A stretch of 64,000 nucleotides of DNA from the NCBI GenBank assembly GCA_051362555.1, contig CM120643.1:8370001-8434000 (forward strand), in the 5' to 3' direction. Positions within the stretch are counted from its first letter, which is position 1, and every line of letters begins with the position of its first letter. The notes beneath the pieces are model-generated. The model saw nothing but the letters and a program-made list of their open reading frames with translations, did not search any database and was not told the DNA's origin. The stretch is from Lingula anatina (lineage: Eukaryota; Animalia; Brachiopoda). Made by a program: the position numbers and the translations under genes. Shown here piece after piece: positions 1-12,100 of this stretch.

Positions 1-3000
1 TAGATGGCAGCACTTGTGGCCCAGTTCCCACCTGTAATAAAAGACAGCAATAAACTGCTAACGTTTAACTGAGGTTATCTTTTTTCACAAATTCATCACA
101 ATTACATTGGAAATTTAGCACAGGAAAAATGAAAATTTATAATCATGTTTAGTTAAATCACTAATGTTATTTAATTAAAAAATACTGAACAATGCCACAC
201 CTTGGGCTTTATGATAGCTAAGGTGTGTCGATCTACATTTAACAGCATCACATAAAATAATCAGTCTCATGTAGCTTTAGGTATTAAAACTACTGAAGAT
301 AATAAGTAACATGGTGGTTTGATAACTAAGGGTGCAAGCAAGACAATTTCATTAATTTGCCTGTGAACAACCAAAAACATACCTTGGTATGTATGATGTA
401 CTTCAATGCCCCTGGGGATAGAGGTGTGAACCCCAAACTTTCCTTTAAATCCTTTGGAGACAAAAAAAGAGTATGTAATGCTTGTATTACATAGAAAACA
501 GTTACCATTAGTACATTTTCATTTAAATATCACTCATTTCTTCTGTAATATTTTTTCATTATTCTATACTACTGATAGCTTTTTTAAATTATAAAGAAAA
601 AGAGACACAAAATGGCAAAATATTTAAATTAAAATAAAAATTGTATCATATTGTCAGCTTCATAAACTTCCATGAAAAGGCTCACACACTGGGAATGTTC
701 AGTGAGTACCTTCTGAATAGGCAATTCTTCCACTTGTAGCCCTCTAATATACTGGTCTCCGTTCTGCTCTATTGGTGGAAAACAATGGTTTACCATGGCT
801 AGTACGCCCGCTACATCCTCCTCCAGTAAATACAGACAGGCATTGGGGCCTGCATCAAATGTATAGGCAACCTAGAGGTGAAAAGTTATGTGAGAAAATG
901 ATTATGAAAAATGTTTGTAGAGAGTGGTCCAAGAAGATGTTTCCTTTTTTGCTTTAGTATTATTTTCTATTCAAAGGAAAATTTAACGCTTTTTTTTACA
1001 TCTTACTTTCAGAGTGTTACCAGACAATATAAAAAGTTAATACAAAATTATGACGTCTGTGACTTTCTGGTAATAGACTGAACCCCTCTCCCTCCACTAA
1101 AGTGAAAGAAATGTACCCAAAAACATTAAGGAGTATAAATTATTAAAAATGGCTGCAACTGAAAATGATAATCTGGTAGTTTTCATATGTGGCATAAGGA
1201 TTTCTATGCCAAAATGAAATTACATGTTTTATCAAAAAATAAATAAATAAAAAATAAAAAAGGCCAGCGACTGCTAGAATGTTATCTTCTTTTTATCTTA
1301 CCTTAATTTCTCCACAGAAGTCATTGTATTTGTGGACTAGATGCATGATCTGTTTAGACGTATCATTCAGGTAGATGATGGGTGGGTAGGTATCCAAACA
1401 GGAGGCATGGAGCTGGTTACTGTCCTGCAAAAAATGTTTCATATAAAATTGTCTTATTTATTAAGTACTTTAAATTGCAATAGATTGCTTTAATTGGTAC
1501 ATTTTATCTACAAAAATTATTATTATAATACTTGCGTATATAAAAGTAACTCTATTATAGTGCTGGTAGGGCAACGCCTGCCGTCCGGAGTCTCTGTCGC
1601 GGCTAGATTGTTAAATTGAATGTTATTACTGATCTCACATCAAAATGCCCAAATTGTAATTGTAACACCTTTCTCCATTCTTCGCTTAGCGCCATCTTCG
1701 GCTTATCTCATTTTTTTTACAGCTCTTCTTTTCTTTCTTTCTTTCTTTCTTTCTTCCAAGTCTTTAAATAATGCTTTCTTATTATCCGATATCCGAACAA
1801 ATCTTTATTTGAAGACAAAATTCATTTTCTCATTATTTTTCATTTATTTAGCATGTTTTTTATTTCACTATATCGCACCTATTTATCCTTCCTAGGCTTA
1901 ACGCGCAAGAACATTTCACTTGCGCTTAAACCAGTACATTTTTGGACGTTTTCCTGTGTTAGGCCTATATCTGCTGGAATTTATCTCAGTAAAGGAGAAA
2001 CATTGGTTGAGTTCTTTTGTTTTATATATTTTTTTAAGATTTATATTTTTTTCTTACTTATACCGCAAAAGTACATGGGCCTACAAGTGATATGTTCTTG
2101 TGCGTTACAAACGTAAAAATAAACATACATACGTACATAACACAAACGCACATTATCATTCCATATGGTGAACAGAGTTGCGAGACAGTATAATAATAGA
2201 ATAAATTGCAGTGATTTCGTTTTATGGAGTTAAATGTTTAATGCATTTTATAAAGGTCAGCGATGTTAAAAAACTGAATACATTCATCTCTTTGTTAGGT
2301 CACAGCACTAGTCTGTTACATGAGTTCTCCGTCTTTTTTTATTTATTTATTTTTATTGTATTTGTCACACTTTCGATAAATTCTTTGTTGGTGGTGAGTG
2401 AGCTGTTAATGTTAATTGCTAGTTTTGTTATCATGAATTAAAGATTTTATTTCGAATCATTACTGGTGTTGTTACCTGAAGGCTGGCCAAATGAATAATC
2501 GATGAGTTTTTAAATGAGAAATATCAATATTATTCTTTCATAATAATGAATACAGTATTTTCAATATGGCATTTTAAATGACCAGACTACTAAATATCGC
2601 TTCGATACTCCGACGTAGCGGCAACTTCTCGTTTTGTTCCATAATCCGATCAAGGCAGTGGTAAATGAGTGGACTATTCCATTTTTTTAGCAATATTTGT
2701 GTTTAAAAGAAAAAGACCAACTAAATATGAATAACAACTGCTGTTATGTTCATTGATATTCGGAGTATAATGCGCATTTGCCGTTTTATTGTCTTTTATA
2801 GACCCCCTGCGCTATATATTGCCTTGCATCATATCTAACAAACTCTGACGCAACGTTATCTGCGCACTTCCGGTTTTGTTCCATAATCCGGGGTTTGAGA
2901 ACAACACGAAGTTAACCACTATTTTAGCGTTTTTCTCCAATAGTAACCCCAATCATATGGATTAAGCTTTACAAGATAGTAAATAAAGCTCTATCGTAGC

Positions 3001-3104
3001 TACATGCAAAGTATTAGAGGTTAGTTTACGCTCATTTTTATACACAGACTGTGCAAAGCCGAAAAACGTCAAATATCGTTCCATAATCCGGGGTCGAGGT
3101 CTAT

Positions 3105-3149
<45 letters not shown>

Positions 3150-6100
3150 TAACATATGAGTCAACTAATAAATCAAGACGGTAATGCTGCTTACTTCTAA
3201 ACAGAATATTTATTTATTTGAACATCACCATCACCCTCAGGCAAAACTCTGCGGTAGTGAGTAGCGGACAAAATGAAACATTGTGATTGTTAAATAATTA
3301 TACTGCCGCCCGATTCAGCAATAGAGCGTATTGTAAAATCTATCTTATGTGCTTATAATAAGTAGAAATAGGTTAAAATCTCTACCATGAAGCACTTTAG
3401 CACGAATATTCATGCGTTAGCACTCCTATTGACGATTCTGATATGTATACTCTGTGCTAACGCATGAAAGCAAAGGCCTCAAAAAGTGGGAAATGAAAAC
3501 CAGTTGCCGAACCAGCCGCGGTGCGGCAGCTCTAAATTTTATATTTTACATCTCATCTCCTCAACTCGCACATTAATGTAAAGTCAACCAGTTTTCCCAT
3601 CAACAGAGCTGTCACTTTGCTAATATCCAACTGTCTTTCTACCAGTTTGACCGTCGTAAAATCATACGCCAGCGATAAACAGACGAAAACCAGGTCAAAT
3701 CTATTACGCGAGGTTTTCAAGCGCCAGTAACCTACTGCGCATGAGCGGGATTTATTTAAAGACTGGGTCTTCCAGTTGATTTTCACTTTGTATCCGTGAC
3801 AATATAAACATGTATTTTGAATGAAGAATTCAATTTCGGTGATTTCATTTTCATCAATTCAGTTAACGTGTTAGAAACGTAAAGAGCGGGTGACTTGTTT
3901 AGCGTTCCTCGTTCCGGCCGAGTCCAGACAACATGTGGACCACAACTTCCGCATGAGTAGATCGACCAGGTTTTCGTCTGTTTATAGCGGAAATATACCG
4001 AATAGATCAGTTAGTCGTTCGTGTCAAAGAAATTGAACCAGAACCGTGAACAGAGGTAATCTATTATCAACTTTTTTTTTGGCGCCAAGCTTGCGCAGTA
4101 TGCAACATCGCAGTGCAAGCGGTAGGGAGGTTTCTCAGAAATGATGCCGAAGGCGAAGGCTTACAGAAAATACTCTCTTGCTCAGAAATTTGATATCGGT
4201 AAATTGTGTTACACAAACAAATTAAAGTATGAAGAAGAGGCAAAACTTTTGGAAGCTCATTGGGATGCTAAACGAAAGAAAATTAGTCATCCTAAACCGA
4301 AAGAAGGGTTTCTTGCAAAGACGATAAGGGAGGTCTTTCCTCACATGGCTTCTCTACCAAACGGGCATGCCGAATTTCAAAAGGCCAAGTCACTAGTATC
4401 AAGATGCCTGGAGCTCTATGTTAGACAAATGGACGGCACCCTGGACGAAGAATTGGGACATGAACGATATCGGCAGGCGGGAGGAGGAAGAAAACCCGTC
4501 CGACCTGAAAGGAGGCAGTCGATTTTTCAATGGTAAGTAAGCCTATTTTGTTTATTTGCTAGCGAACGCTAGGAGAAATGTAGCTAGAAAACCATGTTGC
4601 TTTTAATGTCTATACCTTAAGCGGTGTTTCTGATATAGGTTATTCACACTAGCATTTTCGGCTGCGGTCAAGACCTGACCTCGGTCCTATCGCAGTTAAC
4701 TTTTCTAATGTGAACGGACCACGTACCCCTAACCGCGGTCGAAATAAACCCAGATCGGTAGCTGGGTTAAATCGTAGTTAACTCCAAATTGCGGTAAAGA
4801 CCGGATGATAACATGTGGAATGCATGTGCACAAGTGGGCAATTAACCAACTGATCTCATTTGCGAGAAATCCTTGCTGCAATTTGAAAACTATAAGTAGC
4901 AGCAAAAGAGTATAATGGTCTGAGGATGCTGTCAAGGGCCTCCTGGCCCAATAGTCGGAGAGTGAAGTACATCGTAAATTAACAGGCAGCAGCAAGAATA
5001 AAATGGTCTGTCGCAAAATAGACTTTCTAAGGTTATTTGTATCACCGTGCCTACATGTAGAATTAGTATCTTATCTTTTGTCACTGTTATGCGGTAAACT
5101 CATGTATCTGAAATACAATAATTTAAATATAATGGGTTGGATTTTTACTTATCCGAACAATAGGGCGCATGCTGAACGGGAAGTACAATTGCTGAAATTC
5201 TATCGCTACTGATCGCTGCCAGTATCAGTGTGAATGCAAATAATCTCCATTTGGTTGCCCGCAATTCAATCGGAGTTAACTCGACCGCGGTTAACCTTCT
5301 AATGTGAATGGCCTAATAGTAAAATACTAATTCTTACAGTCGGTTTCCGGCCTATTTAACCCAGAACGAGGCTCTCATTTTAGGACTAGGGTAAAACATT
5401 GGCTTGCTCCCATTGCTCTAAATGTTAAAGGTATACTGTGATGAAAAAACGGGTTAAAACTATCCGTTAGGTGCCCAAAAGTCATTTTTGAGTAATGAAA
5501 AAAAAGTTCTTACGTTTATTTAGTTTTTAAAGCCGATTTTATGCAGGTGTGAATGTAGTTTATGATACTCCCGCGTGGTGGCGCTTTAAGGCGAGTGACG
5601 TCACTAGCGTCAAGGCTCAGAAAGCCATATTCGATTCAGCTATCCGCTTGCTAGCAGTGCAAACTAAAACGATACACGCAATTGATCACTACATGATCAT
5701 TTATAAATTCAAACTTTTGAAGATAGATACACAAAAGAAGATTAATTCCCCACGTGGTTATCATTTATTAACCAACAAAATACACCAAAACTATGTTAAC
5801 AGTAAAGGTTTGGAAGCAGGGCAGCGCACACAGTTTTTCACACATTGCCCATCTGTCGCGTCGGCTGAACGTTCTTATCCCGACTGATAAGAGAAAGTTA
5901 CCTAATACATGCAGGTGTGACAGCTAACATTATTTTTCACACCCGTGCAGTTTACCAGTGTCATTCCGGGAGAGCCAGGTCAGTGGACAAAAGGCCAAAG
6001 ATATCGGACTGATCGCATCGGACACTACATTTCACACCTCTGCAACTTACCTCGCTACTTCTGCCTTACACGTGATCAGTGCAGCAGTATGTCGAGTAAA

Positions 6101-9100
6101 AATTTGATTCCACTATCATGTTAATATTAACGTTTTCACTAACATAACCAAAAAATTCGACAACGTAATTCTGCTACGAACTATTTTTTGGGCTCTAGAA
6201 GCTGCTCTCTTCTTCCTTTCGACGGCCGCATCATGCACACATCCTACAGGTAAGACTCTCGTCGGCAGCGCTCTGGCATTTACTGTCGCATTTTGGTACT
6301 CCGAAAAATCGAATATACTGGGTACAGCATCATCTTTTAGTTTTCTCCGTGCTTTTCCACCGCACAATTCAGCTCGCAGGTCACGTACGAAGCATTCCGG
6401 CTCGAAGTGGTCGCTACAGATCCCCGCGTGTTTTGACACAGTGCTGGGATTTTTTAACTTCAGAGAATTGAGGCAAATTTTACGTTTAGCGGCATCCGCA
6501 GGCAGGATATAATAGCAGATGTCTTTCTTATTGTAACCTACATTACGGCACCCGGGAGCAACACAACTTTGCGGCATTTGTTTTTCTGACACCTGGATGT
6601 TTAGTCGCCTACTGCATAGTATATACTATTACTAGTACAGCTGTGGGAAGCTACTCCACGGGTTACGTCACTAGAAACTGACCAATCAGAATTTTCTCAT
6701 CTAAATCTCATCTTTTCTCTCTAAAACTTAAAAAGAACAATTTTTTGACGTGGATTTATAGTTTTTATACTGTAAAAAAAGCAGTGAACGCTATGTGTTC
6801 CTAGAGCGCAGTAGGCCTTTAAATTGGCAAATTTGATTAGTCATATCAATCAGACCTGAAGACAATTACTTGTGACAACCACTTGGTCATATTCACTTGG
6901 GTTTTTAGCGTTAGCCAATGGGCCTCAGGAGGATTTTCTAGAGCTGATGGTGAATTTATCAGCGATAAAACCAACACTCCTCCAACGGGCTGCAATTTCA
7001 GTTTACACCAGATACATGTTGTAATAGGCATATTTTCTCGTTTGTATTGAGTATATACTAGTATGTGAACAAATACGCGTGACAACTGTTTGTTGATATT
7101 CACTTATGTATTTACATCAGGGAAATGGCCATCAAAGGGATTTTCTAGTGTCAGTGGGGACTTTATCAGCGATGGTGGTGTACTATTATTAAAGCAATTT
7201 TTCCTACTGGGACACTAGGACCTATACGTACCAGTTCATTAATATACAGTCGGAATTCTTGTATAATAAAATCATCTAAACAACAGAAAAAATAAAAACA
7301 TATTCATATATTGCTTTTAGAGGTCTCAATTTGAAAGATATGATAAGCTAGAAAAGGGGGCTTGGGTAGCATTGCTCACCTGTCGTGTTCAAAGCAGGTG
7401 TCTCAAGTAATGCAATTAATGTGCTTTCAAAAAGAATTTCCATCTGCCGTTTTTCATTAAAATTTCTTTTTCTACTGTTGTCTGGATTATGTTTGAAGAG
7501 ACTGAAATACTTTTTCAGCTTTTATAATTTCTGCAAAAACAAAAAATTTCATTAGAGGCCTGCCAAAATTATTTTTCATAAATTGATTCATCCATAATTA
7601 TCCAAATCAACAAAGTTTTCAACAAAAAGTAATAACCAAGTTTACTCAGCTTTAATGCTACTGGAAGGGGGGGGGGTTGAATAATCACCAGTAGCTTACA
7701 AGTTTTTATCCTTAGTTTTCATAATTGGAAACAATTTGAAAAACAGCAATAATGTTCTTTAAATATTCTATTTTTCTTTATTTTTGAATAAAAACCTCAC
7801 TTAAATCTTTATAAGTTGTCAAAACCTACAAATCATTTTTGAATCTGATGCTAAATGAAGTTCATGGTGTCTTTTTTCAGAAAATGATATAAATTTATAA
7901 GGTAGTGATTTCATTTTAATAAGAACATCAGACTCAATATCACAATACAAAGTATGATGTATAAAAATCAGAATTGAATGCATATTTATAAATCACTTTG
8001 AATTCTTAAACAAAATGCAAAATACAATAAAACCTGTTGACTTAAAATTTACATTTTGTTTCTATTTATAATGTATGTAAGAAAGGAGTTACAAAATTCC
8101 TTGACGTACGCTGTAAAGTTGCATTCTGAATTAACATTTGTACAGTAAAAATGAATTGGAATTTCTATGACATATAACCTGTAAGCAAATATAACAGTAA
8201 TGTCCAAAGGATAAAAACACTGAATCCATAACAAAAATTTGATTTGAGTGTTTTTTATAATTGCTGTAAATAGATTTTGCTCAGCATGCAAACAGCTCCA
8301 CCCGCTTGTTTCTACCAGTTAATATGTGCATTGATAGCCTTTCTTGGGTTCTATCCTCTTGTTGAAAGTGTGCAACATCACAAAAAGGTATTAGTTATCT
8401 GTTCCAAAAGCACATTATTGCCATTTACACACACAATAATAAAATGATTTATTGAGTATGTAAAAATTTTATTCCTGTCCATGATCTCAATTCTGTCTGA
8501 GGCTACATGGGTATTAAAAATTACCAGAAAAATTGTTCAAATTCTCAAAATGGCATGTATTTTCAGTAATAAAATCAGACTAGTAAATTGTCATTAGAGC
8601 TTTCTTTCAGCTCCTCTTTTCAAAGACAAATACAATAACCACACCTGTAAAGATCATACTCTGAAGTGCTGAAGAATAGTGCCTACCAGAATAATTGTGC
8701 CCCCGGAAAACTTTCCAAAAAAATATACTAGTTAGTCTTAAAACTCTAAGTGCATATATTTTTTAATATGTAACAAGAAATAACTGGGACAGTCCAGCAT
8801 TGAATGCCGGGTAGATGCAAGGCAAAGAGTAATTAGTTAAGCAATAAAGCCAGGCGCAAAATCCCTAGCGTATGTTTTTTGTGCAAGTTACTTTTAAAAA
8901 TTATTTGGTGCCTGGGTGATTTATTTGAGATAGCCTAGTTTTGTATTGATATAATTAGGCCCAGATACAATAATAATGTTAATGCCAATGCTTTTAGTCT
9001 AATTAAGACAGATAAACCATTCAAAATGGTTTGTGTGTTTTATGTTTTCTTAAACTAAAAAAAAAAAAAAATGTAAAACAAGAAATAAGACGATTTTATG

Positions 9101-12100
9101 TAATAACTTATAAAGAGAATTGGAAGTACAGATCGCTTTTTTAAATTTTATTTTAGGTTTGTTGACATAGATGGGTGCTTGAAGGCTCATCTTCCTGCAC
9201 AAGAGATGGCTAAGGACCCGCCCCAAAATCTCTCTGACCGGTTGTCCACAATTACGCCCCCAGATGGAGTTTGCCATGCAGCTATTGGCCAGCCTCCAGA
9301 GGATGAAGGAATCGAACAGTTGGACACAGAGAATGGTAAATTAGAGGATGAAGATGGAGACAAGGAAAACCTCTCTGATGTGGACGAACCGCCAATAGAA
9401 CCACAGTCAATAGCTTCTCCTTCATGCACAGATTCCACAAGCAATTCAGCCTATGAACCTCTAATGAGACCAGGACATGTTGGACTACCAACCAACACTG
9501 ACAACAAAGAACTGAACCGCGATGCTCTTTTTTTAAATCAACTGGGGATAGTGCTTGACACTTTTGGGAGGGAAACATCAGTGCAAATGATGCCTCATCT
9601 CTGTCACATGAGGGCTGCTTATGCAAAGGCTTGCAACAGTGTAAAAAGGCGAATGCTCCTCGACTCATCTCTTTTGCAAAGGCTGTGTGCATCAACCAAA
9701 GAGATCCCTGTAACTGAACCTTTTCCAGACAGCACAGAGACAATCTCTCTGGATGGAGAACCAAATAACAGAGGTAATTTTTTTACTAGTATATACCTAG
9801 TACATAATATTCCTATAGATGTATCATATTTGTGAAACCCGCTACAAGAGTAAAAAGGCAATAATCACAAAACATCATAGTGTACATAAATACATAAAAT
9901 AACCAAAAGTATTCATCCGTTCCCCTCTTTCCACTAATTTTTTTTCTTCCAGAGCAAGTATCCCAGTTGAAATCATCAGATGGACATACATATCGGCTGA
10001 TGAAGACACCACGTGATGGGGATTGTTTCTTCAGGTCATTTGTCAGAGCAGCAGATTTGGATCTTCAGAGTTTCCCAAGAGGTGACGACAACTACCCATT
10101 AAATGAAGATGACAAGATAAAAGAGGAACAATCGATTCTAGGCCTTAGGAGGAGAACAGCTGATTATATGAGAAGAAACACAGTTCACTATGAGGAGCTG
10201 GTTAGCTCCATGAGACAAGGTGAACACTCTGAATGTTTCTCTCAGGATAGAACTTTCATTATTACAGGTACTTATTGTATGATTTATTTCCCAATTTATG
10301 ATGTTTGAAAATTTTTAGAGAATATTGCAGTGTACCTTTATTAAGACTGAAAACGGTCAGTTTTACATGTTAAAAAATGAAATACCTCATTGTTTTATAC
10401 TTGTGAAGTGATTAAATATTTAACTGCTGGACTTGTAAAATTGATAATTGTTTAATGCTTGAGTAGACCAAGAGTTCAGAATTAGGATCAGTATAACATA
10501 GGATGTCAACTTCAGCGGCTTCATGGTACAAAAAATATACTGAAAGACAAGCAAAATTCTGTATTGCTTGTGGGCAACTGAAGTTAAATCTCCATGTGAG
10601 GACTCTGTGTAATATATTACTGCATAAGCTTTTAGATGGCTTCGTGTTTCATGTGTTATTCATGATTTGTAAATGAATGGGTAATTATGACAACGTCCCT
10701 TTTTTATCTGAATTCTGAACCTGATCCGAATTATGAACTCTTGGTCTATCATTATAAAATATTCTCATTAACAACCTATTTGTACGATACTTTTAGATGA
10801 AGGTTACAGTAGTTTAGAAGAAGAGATTGATGATATAAGCAGAACTGGAGTTTATGCAACTCACTTAGCAATAGATGCTGCAGCGCACGTAGAAGGGGTT
10901 GTGATCCATGTATTCCAGCTGGTAAATAAGTCCACTGTCAGGGAGATAACTACAGTTGGGGAAGTTAGCCAGTTGTCAAGAAAAGAAGTCAATCTGTTGT
11001 ACAAACCAGGACTAAGTGGAGGAAGGTCTGGTCACTATGATGTTTTGTATAAAGGTAAACATGAAAAAAAAAATATTATATGCACACATTGTGCATATTA
11101 ACTTCTGCTACTAAATTGTTTTGCTTTCTTTCTAACATTAGGCTTTAAACCAGTTTAACTGGGATTTTTGTGTAAAAAAAAAAAACAAACATTTCCAGTA
11201 GCTGAGCTTGAGCTTGGCTTTAGAATATCCTCGAAGTAGGTGTATTTCATACTTTGAGAGGTTAGGTAAAACCCGTTTTGACACATGCGAAGTATTTTAA
11301 TGGTTGAACGGACATTTTATTCTTCACATAAAATCTTACACAGGAAATATATGCATTAAATCCTGGATGTTATGGCTTTAAATGGAAAAAGAAAATGCTG
11401 GGAATATATTATTGGACAGATGTTTACAATTTGTTTAATTTTTTTCTTTTTGTTTTCACCAGAAGAACTGCCAAGTTCCTTGCCCCTTACTGTGAATGAT
11501 TATGTACTGGTAAAGTATGGTGCAGTGACCGTCCCTGCTGTTGTGGTGAGAGAGGGAAATGAACTCGCAGTGAGGTACTTTGATAAAGATGCCACTGGAA
11601 GATCTTACACGGCGCAAGAATTTGATTATGAAATTCTAGTCGAGGATGTCAGCAGAAAACTTGTGCCCCCCACAATGGAATTTCGCGGGAGACGTATATA
11701 TTATATTTTTAGTGATATTTGAATGGTAAAATATATTTTCATAAACAAACATGTGCTAAATGGATCTGTAGGTCTATCCCAGTCATACTCAGGAGGTCAT
11801 GCATGGTGTATACATAACAGATAATTAGGTAATCTTTGCATTTTATAGAGCTTGTAAAGCACAAGACTGGTGGTGGTGTCCCCTTTTTTTGTGGTTTTCC
11901 ATACAAATCTGCTTACTCCAGCTGGTGGTACAATATCCTGAGGCGGTATTGCCTCTCTGATCCTTTAGATAACATTAAGTTTTCCAAGTCATATCGAGAA
12001 AACAACATCAAGAAGTTTTGACGTTATTACTAATAGATTTATCGTCCTTTTTGAAGAACAAATTGGGAGATTTTTCTCCTTTAGGCACTGGGCATAAGGC

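Noticed and set aside
5549-5887. 112-aa ORF within the Kolobok-like element as a possible KolX gene
   Set aside because: It starts at GTG and I cannot recognise a KolX Cys-rich motif in it.
5425-6822. piggyBac assignment because of the TTAA TSD
   Set aside because: The ends are AGG/CCT rather than CCY/RGG, and it encodes THAP, which fits Kolobok.
7348-7390. Weak resemblance to a Helentron-type terminus (also at about 8772 and 37770)
   Set aside because: The similarity is too short to call without a repeat library.
9050-9861. Minus-strand ORFs in MVD intron 7 as possible extra MVD exons
   Set aside because: MVD exon 7 (..KITMQ) joins directly to exon 8 (DSNQLHA..) as in orthologues, so these are shadows of the plus-strand exon.
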